DNA from: Eledone cirrhosa
Lineage: Eukaryota
Assembly (NCBI GenBank): GCA_964016885.1
Contig: OZ024742.1
Span: forward strand, 15,562,001 to 15,626,000
Length of the DNA: 64,000 nucleotides
Direction: 5' to 3'
Both the position numbers and the translations under genes were made by a program. The notes under the pieces are model-generated. The model saw only the letters and a program-made list of their open reading frames with translations. It was not told the origin of the DNA and searched no databases. Positions 56,201-64,000 of the stretch are shown here, piece by piece; the first letter of the stretch is position 1; each line of letters opens with the position of its first letter.

Positions 56201-59200
56201 GTAATTATTAAAGAACCTCAGAGTAAAGTGAGATTATTAAAGAACCACAGAGTAAAGTGTGATTATTAAAGAACCTCAGAGTAAAGTGTGATTATTAAAG
56301 AACCTCAGAGTAAAGTGTGATTATTAAAGAACCACAGAGTAAAGTGTGATTATTAAAGAACCTCAGAGTAAAGTGTTGATCATTAAAGAACCTCAGAGTA
56401 AAGTGTGATTATTAAAGAACCTCAGAGTAAAGTGTGATTATTAAAGAACCACAGAGAAATGTGTGATTGCTAAAGAACCACAGAGTAAAGTGTGATTATT
56501 AAAGAACCTCAGAGTAAAGTGTGATTATTAAAGAACCTCAGAGTAAAGTGTGATTATTAAAGAACCAGTGTCATGTGCGATTATTAAAGAACCACAGAGT
56601 AAAGTGTGATTATTAAAGAATCTCAGAGTAAAGTGTGATTATTAAAGAACCTCAGAGTAAAGTGTGATTATTAAAGAACCACAGAGTAATGTGAGATTAT
56701 TAAAGAACCACAGAGTAAAGTGTGATTATTAAAGAACCTCAGAGCAAAGTGTGATTATTAAAGAACCACTGAGAAATGTGTGATTATTAAAGAACCACAG
56801 AGTAAAGTGTGATTATTAAAGAAACTCAGAGTTAAGTGTGATTATTAAAGAAACTCAGGGTAAAGTGTGATTATTAAAGTACCACAGAGTACAGTGTAAA
56901 TATTAAAGAACCTCAGTGTCATGTGTGATTATTAAAGAACCTCAGAGTAAAGTGTGATTATTAAAGAACCACAGAGTAAAGTGTGATTATTAAAGAACCT
57001 CAGAGTAAGGTGTGATCATTAAAGAACCTCAGAGTAAAGTGTGATTATTAAAGAACCTCAGAGTAAAGTGTGATTATTAAAGAACCACAGAGAAATGTGT
57101 GATTATTAAAGAACCACAGAGTAAAGTGCGTTTATTAAAGAACCACAGAGTAAAGTGTGATTATTAAAGAACCTCAGAGTAAAGTGTGATTATTAAAGAA
57201 CCACAGAGAAATGTGTGATTATTAAAGAACCTCAGAGTAAAGTGTGATTATTAAAGAACCTCAGAGTAAAGTGTGATAATTAAAGAACCACAGAGAAATG
57301 TGTGATTATTAAAGAACTACAGAGTAAAGTGTGATTAATAAAGAACCACAGAGAAATGTGTGATTATTAACGAACCACAGAGTAAAGTGTGATTATTAAA
57401 GAACCACAGAGAAATGTGTGATTATTAAAGAACCTCAGAGTAAAGTGTGATTATTAAAGAACCTCAGAGTAAAGTGTGATTATTAAAGAACCTCAGAATA
57501 AAGTGTGATTATTAAAGAACCACAGAGTAAAGTGTGATTATTAATGAACCTCAGAGTAAAGTGTGATTATTAAAGAACCATACAGAAATGTGAGATTATT
57601 AAAGAACCACAGAGTAAAGTGTGATTATTAAAGAACCTCAGAGTAAAGTGTGATTATTAAAGAACCTCAGAGGAAAAGTGTGATTATTAAAGAACCTCAG
57701 AGTAAAGTGTGATTATTAAAGAACCCCAGAGTAAAGTGTGATTATTAAGGAACCTCAGAGTAAAGTGAGATTATTAAAGAACCACAGAGTAAAGTGTGAT
57801 TATTAAAGAACCTCAGAATAAAGTGTGATTATTAAAGAATCACAGAGTAAAGTGTGATTATTAAAGAACCACAGAGAAATGTGTGATTATTAAAGAACCA
57901 CAGAGTAAAGTGTGATTATTAAAGAACCTCAGAGTAAAGTGTGATTATTAAAGAACCACAGAGTAAAGTGTGATTATTAAAGAACCACAGAGTAAAGTGT
58001 GATTATTAAAGAACAACAGAGTAAAGTGTGATTATTAAAGTACCACAGAGTACAGTGTAATTATTAAAGAACCTCAGTGTCATGTGTGATTATTAAAGAA
58101 TCTCAGAGTAAAGTGTGATTATTAAAGAACCACAGAGTAAAGTGTTATTATTAAAGAACCACAGAGTAAAGTGTGATTATTAAAGAACCTCAGAGTAAAG
58201 CGTGATTATTAAAGAACCACAGAGTAAAGTGAGATTATTAAAGAACCACAGAGTAAAGTGTGATTATTAAAGAACCACAGAGTAAAGTGTGATTATTAAA
58301 GTACCACAGAGTACAGTTTAATTATTAAAGAACGTCAGTGTCATGTGTGATTATTAAAGAACCTCAGAGTAAAGTGTGATTATTAAAGAACCACAGAGTA
58401 AAGTGTTATTATAAAAGAACCACAGAGAAATGTGAGATTATTAAAGACCCACAGAGTAAAGGGTGATTATTAAAGAACCTCAGAGCAAAGTGTAATTATT
58501 AAAGAACCTCAGAGTAAAGTGTGATTATTAAAGAACCTCAGAGTAAAGTGTGATTATTAAAGAACCACAGAGTAAAGTGTGATTATTAAAGAACCTCAGT
58601 GTAAAGTGTTGATCATTAAAGAACCTCAGAGTAAAGTGTGATTATTAAAGAACCTCAGAGTAAAGTGTGATTATTAAAGAACCACAGAGAAATGTGTAAT
58701 TATTAAAGAACCACAGAGTAAAGTGTGATTATTAAAGAACATCAGAGTAAAGTGTGATTATTAAAGAACCTCAGAGTAAAGTGTGATTATTAAAGAACCA
58801 GTGTCATGTGCGATTATTAAAGAACCACAGAGTAAAGTGTGATTATTAAAGAACCTCAGAGTAAAGTGTGATTATTAAAGAACATCAGAGTAAAGTGTGA
58901 TAATTAAAGAACCACAGAGAAATGTGTGATTATTAAAGAACTACAGAGTAAAGTGTGATTAATAAAGAACCACAGAGAAATGTGTGATTATTAACGAACC
59001 ACAGAGTAAAGTGTGATTATTAAAGAACCACAGAGAAATGTGTGATTATTAAAGAACCTCAGAGTAAAGTGTGATTATTAAAGAACCTCAGAGTAAAGTG
59101 TGATTTTTAAAGAACCTCAGAATAAAGTGTGATTATTAAAGAACCACAGAGTAAAGTGTGATTATTAATGAACCTCAGAGTAAAGTGTGATTATTAAAGA

Positions 59201-62094
59201 ACCATACAGAAATGTGAGATTATTAAAGAACCACAGAGTAAAGTGTGATTATTAAAGAACCTCAGAGTAAACAGTGATTATTAAAGAACCTCAGAGGAAA
59301 AGTGTGATTATTAAAGAACCTCAGAGTAAAGTGTGATTATTAAAGAACCCCAGAGTAAAGTGTGATTATTAAGGAACCTCAGAGTAAAGTGTGATTATTA
59401 AAGAACCACAGAGTAAAGTGTGATTATTAAAGAACCTCAGAATAAAGTGTGATTATTAAAGAACCACAGAGTAAAGTGTGATTATAAAAGAACCACAGAG
59501 AAATGTGTGATTATTAAAGAACCACAGAGTAAAGTGTGATTATTAAAGAACCTCAGAGTAAAGTGTGATTATTAAAGAACCACAGAGTAAAGTGTGATTA
59601 TTAAAGAACCACAGAGTAAAGTGTGATTATTAAAGAACAACAGAGTAAAGTGTGATTATTAAAGTACCACAGTGTACAGTGTAATTATTAAAGAACCTCA
59701 GTGTCATGTGTGATTATTAAAGAATCTCAGAGTAAAGTGTGATTATTAAAGAACCACAGAGTAAAGTGTTATTATTAAAGAACCACAGAGTAAAGTGTGA
59801 TTATTAAAGAACCTCAGAGTAAAGCGTGATTATTAAAGAACCACAGAGTAAAGTGAGATTATTAAAGAACCACAGAGTAAAGTGTGATTATTAAAGAACC
59901 ACAGAGTAAAGTGTGATTATTAAAGTACCACAGAGTACAGTGTAATTATTAAAGAACGTCAGTGTCATGTGTGATTATTAAAGAACCTCAGAGTAAAGTG
60001 TGATTATTAAAGAACCACAGAGTAAAGTGTTATTATTAAAGAACCACAGAGAAATGTGAGATTATTAAAGACCTACAGAGTAAAGGGTGATTATTAAAGA
60101 ACCTCAGAGCAAAGTGTAATTATTAAAGAACCTCAGAGTAAAGTGTGATTATTAAAGAACCTCAGAGTAAAGTGTGATTATTAAAGAACCACAGAGTAAA
60201 GTGTGATTATTAAAGAACCTCAGAGTAAAGTGTTGATCATTAAAGAACCTCAGAGTAAAGTGTAATTATTAAAGAACCTCAGAGTAAAGTGTGATTATTA
60301 AAGAACCACAGAGAAATGTGTGATTATTAAAGAACCACAGAGTAAAGTGTGATTATTAAAGAACATCAGAGTAAAGTGTGATTATTAATGAACCTCAGAG
60401 TAAAGTGTGATTATTAAAGAACCAGTGTCATGTGCGATTATTAAAGAACCACAGAGTAAAGTGTGATTATTAAAGAACCTCAGAGTAAAGTGTGATTATT
60501 AAAGAACCTCAGAGTAAAGTGTGATTATTAAAGAACCACAGAGTAATGTGAGATTATTAAAGAACCACAGAGTAAAGTGTGATTATTAAAGAACCTCAGA
60601 GCAAAGTGTGATTATTAAAGAACCACTGAGAAATGTGTGATTATTAAAGAACCACAGAGTAAAGTGTGATTATTAAAGAACCTCAGAGTTAAGTGTGATT
60701 ATTAAAGAAACTGAGGGTAAAGTGTGATTATTAAAGTACCACAGAGTACAGTGTAATTATTAAAGAACCTCAGTGTCATGTGTGATTATTAAAGAACCTC
60801 AGAGTAAAGTGTGATTATTAAAGAACCACAGAGTAAAGTGTTATTATTAAAGAACCTCAGAGTAAAGTGTGATTATTAAAGAACCTCAGAGTAAAGAGTG
60901 CTTATTAAAGAACCACTGAGAAATGTGTGATTATTAAAGAACCACAGAGTAAAGTGTGATTATTAAAGAACCACAGAGTAAAGTGTGATTATTAAAGAAC
61001 CTCAGAGTAAAGTGTGATTATTAAAGAACCACAGAGTAAAGTGTGATTATTAAAGAACCTCAGAGTAAAGTGTGATTATTAAAGAACCTCAGAGTAAAGG
61101 GTGATTATTAAAGAACCACAGAGTAAAGTGTGATTATTAAAGAACCTCAGAGTAAAGTGTGATTATTAAAGAACCATACAGAAATGTGAGATTATTAAAG
61201 AACCACAGAGTAAAGTGTGATTATTAAAGAACCTCAGAGTAAAGTGTGATTATTAAAGAACCTCAGAGGAAAAGTGTGATTATTAAAGAACCTCAGAGTA
61301 AAGTGTGATTATTAAAGAACCCCAGAGTAAAGTGTGATTATTAAGGAACCTCAGAGTAAAGCGTGATTATTAAAGAACCACAGAGTAAAGTGTGATTATT
61401 AAAGAACCTCAGAGTAAAGTGTGATTATTAAAGAACCTCAGAGTAAAGTGTGATTATTAAAGAACCACAGAGAAATGTGTGATTATTAAAGAACCACAGA
61501 GTAAAGTGTGATTATTAATGAACCTCAGAGTAAAGTGTTGATTATTAAAGAACCTCAGAGTAAAGTGTTGATTATTAAAGAACCTCAGAGTAAAGTGTGA
61601 TTATTAAAGAACCTCAGAGTAAAGTGTGATTATTAAAGAACATCAGAGTAAAGTGTTGATTATTAAAGAACCTCAGCGTAAAGTGTGATTATTAAAGAAC
61701 CACAGAGTAAAGTGTGATTATTAAAGAACCTCAGAGTAAAGTGTTGATTATTAAAGAACCTCAGAGTAAAGTGTGATTATTAAAGAACCTCAGAGTAAAG
61801 CGTGATTATTAAAGAACCACAGAGTAAAGTGTGATTATTAAAGAACCTCAGAGTAAAGTGTGATTATTAAAGAACCACAGAGAAATGTGTGATTATTAAA
61901 GAACCACAGAGTAAAGTGTGATTATTAAAGAACCTCAGAGTAAAGTGTGATTATTAAAGAACCTCAGAGTAAAGTGTGATTATTAAAGAACCAGTGTCAT
62001 GTGCGATTATTAAAGAACCACAGAGTAAAGTGTGATTATTAAAGAACCTCAGAGTAAAGTGTGATTATTAAAGAACCTCAGAGTAAAGTGTGAT
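41282..62094 (+). repeat. About 20.8-kb super-unit, copy 2 (directly tandem to copy 1)
   Basis: Same marker pairs as copy 1. The match starts just before GATAATTAAAGAAACAC (GAAACAC at 20741/41334) and ends near 62094, where the sequence reads TGATT instead of TGATA. Confidence 0.93.
41570..50160 (+). repeat. Same 82-monomer higher-order repeat within super-unit copy 2
   Basis: The TGCT marker is at 42750, 45215, 47593 and 49971, with spacings of 2465, 2378 and 2378 bp. Confidence 0.9.
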
Positions 62095-62729
62095 TATTAA
62101 AGAACCTCAGAGTTAAGTGTGATTATTAAAGAAACTCAGGGTAAAGTGTGATTATTAAAGTACCACAGAGAAATGTGAGATTATTAAAGAACCACAGAGT
62201 AAAGTGTGATTATTAAAGAAACTCAGAGTAAAGTGTGATTATTAAAGAACCATACAGAAATGTGAGATTATTAAAGAACCTCAGAGTAAAGTGTGATTAT
62301 TAAAGAACCTCAGAGTAATGTGTGATTATTAAAGAACCTCAGGGTAAAGTGTGATTATTAAAGAACCACAGAGTAAAGTGTGATTATTAAAGAACCTCAG
62401 AGTAAAGTGTGATTATTAAAGAACCTCAGAGTAAAGAGTGATTATTAAAGAACCACTGAGAAATGTGTGATTATTAAAGAACCTCAGAGGAAAAGTGTGA
62501 TTATTAAAGAACCTCAGAGTAAAGTGTGATTATTAAAGAACCCCAGAGTAAAGTGTGATTATTAAGGAACCTCAGAGTAAAGTGTGATTATTAAAGAACC
62601 ACAGAGTAAAGTGTGATTATTAAAGAACCTCAGAGTAAAGTGTGATTATTAAAGAACCTCAGAGTAAAGTGTGATTATTAAAGAACCACAGAGAAATGTG
62701 TGATTATTAAAGAACCACAGAGTAAAGTG

Positions 62730-63850
62730 TGATTATTAAAGAACCCCAGAGTAAAGTGTTGATTATTAAAGAACCTCAGAGTAAACTGTTGATTATTAAA
62801 GAACCTCAGAGTAAAGTGTGATTATTAAAGAACCTCAGAGTAAAGTGTGATTATTAAAGAACCACAGAGTAAAGTGTGATTATTAAAGAACCTCAGAGTA
62901 AAGTGTGATTATTAAAGAACCACAGAGAAATGTGTGATTATTAAAGAACCACAGAGTAAAGTGTGATTATTAAAGAACCTCAGAGTAATGTGTGATTATT
63001 AAAGAACCTCAGAGTAAAGTGTGATGATTAAAGAACCACACAGAAATGTGTGATTATTAAAGAGCCACAGAGAAATGTGTGATTATTAAAGAACCACAGA
63101 GTAAAGTGTGATTATTAAAGAACCACAGAGAAATGTGTGATTATTAAAGAACCAGTGTCATGTGCGATTATTAAAGAACCACAGAGTAAAGTGTGATTAT
63201 TAAAGAACCTCAGAGTAAAGTGTGATTATTAAAGAACCTCAGAGTAAAGTGTGATTATTAAAGAACCACAGAGTAATGTGAGATTATTAAAGAACCACAG
63301 AGTAAAGTGTGATTATTAAAGAACCTCAGAGCAAAGTGTGATTATTAAAGAACCACTGAGAAATGTGTGATTATTAAAGAACCACAGAGTAAAGTGTGAT
63401 TATTAAAGAACCTCAGAGTTAAGTGTGATTATTAAAGAAACTGAGGGTAAAGTGTGATTATTAAAGTACCACAGAGTACAGTGTAATTATTAAAGAACCT
63501 CAGTGTCATGTGTGATTATTAAAGAACCTCAGAGTAAAGTGTGATTATTAAAGAACCACAGAGTAAAGTGTTATTATTAAAGAACCCCAGAGTAAAGTGT
63601 TGATTATTAAAGAACCTCAGAGTAAACTGTTGATTATTAAAGAACCTCAGAGTAAAGTGTGATTATTAAAGAACCTCAGAGTAAAGTGTGATTATTAAAG
63701 AACCACAGAGTAAAGTGTGATTATTAAAGAACCTCAGAGTAAAGTGTGATTATTAAAGAACCTCAGAGTAAAGTGTGATTATTAAAGAACCACAGAGTAA
63801 AGTGTGATTATTAAAGAACCTCAGAGTAATGTGTGATTATTAAAGAACCT
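62730..63850 (+). repeat. Partial local duplication with 841-bp (29-monomer) offset in the terminal domain
   Basis: The private variant GTAAACTGTTGATT has its AAACT at 62783 and 63624, each preceded by CCCCAGAGTAAAGTGTTG. Confidence 0.75.
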
Positions 63851-64000
63851 CAGAGTAAAGTGTGATAATTAAAGAACCACAGAGAAATGTGTGATTATTA
63901 AAGAACCACAGAGTAAAGTGTGATTATTAAAGAACATCAGAGTAAAGTGTGATTATTAAAGAACCTCAGAGTAAAGTGTGATTATTAAAGAACCAGTGTC

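Larger units (their letters stand above)
1..64000 (+). repeat. Tandem satellite/minisatellite array, 29-bp monomer GAACC(T/A)CAGAGTAAAGTGTGATTATTAAA, about 2,200 copies, single orientation, open at both window ends
   Basis: The monomer is visible on every line, and 64000/29 is about 2,207. The T-type consensus is A12 G6 C3 T8 (31% GC). Minor 30-bp variants (GTGTTGAT, GAGGAAAAG) and 27-bp variants (GAACCAGTGTC, GAGCCAGTGT) are interspersed. Confidence 0.99.

Noticed and set aside
1-64000. CRISPR array (about 29-bp repeat, with a constant GTGTGATTATTAAAGAACC alternating with a more variable 10-mer)
   Set aside because: Repeats abut directly with no unique spacers. The variable part is only point variants of one sequence, and there is no leader or cas gene.
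1-64000. Repetitive protein-coding ORF on either strand
   Set aside because: 29 is not a multiple of 3, so each frame cycles through all phases. Each monomer has TAA, TGA and TAA on the + strand and TAA, TAA (plus TGA in the T type) on the - strand, so all six frames close within about three monomers.
1-64000. Telomerase-synthesised long telomeric repeat (as in some budding yeasts)
   Set aside because: Multi-kb heritable variant patterns and block duplications point to recombination-based amplification rather than copying from one RNA template. There is no G-rich telomeric motif and no visible chromosome end.
1-64000. Diversity-generating cassettes, integron array or information-storing code
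   Set aside because: Variation is limited to recurrent point and 1-2 bp indel variants explained by duplication history. There are no cargo sequences, attC-like inverted repeats or associated enzymes.
1-64000. Embedded transposon, unique island or inversion
   Set aside because: I saw no non-monomer tract and no reverse-complement monomer (TTTAATAATCACAC) while reading through. A very short insert could have been missed by eye.
1-64000. Assignment to a named satellite family or organism
   Set aside because: I do not recognise the monomer with confidence. A database search is needed.
1-64000. Pure sequencing artefact (rolling-circle concatemer of one small template)
   Set aside because: Nested duplications of different sizes with shared and private variants fit real evolutionary history. 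Individual large duplications may still be misassembled.

Overview
The whole 64 kb window is one uninterrupted head-to-tail tandem array of a 29-bp AT-rich monomer, consensus GAACC(T/A)CAGAGTAAAGTGTGATTATTAAA. It holds about 2,200 copies, is about 31% GC, and keeps one orientation throughout. I saw no gene, RNA gene, transposon, CRISPR spacer, inversion or unique sequence, and the array runs off both ends. It looks like eukaryotic satellite or very long minisatellite DNA, but I cannot assign an organism or named family. The structure worth noting is hierarchical and can be read from recurring variant monomers: small cassettes of co-occurring variants; local duplications of 3, 12, 18, 29, 50, 55 and 73 monomers; an 82-monomer (2,378 bp) higher-order repeat; 3.4-4.2 kb secondary duplications; and a near-identical tandem duplication of about 20.6-20.8 kb, with an older partial third copy upstream. 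I found no support for a novel protein-coding or defence system. All offsets were measured by eye from marker positions, and duplication boundaries are approximate to about 1-3 monomers.
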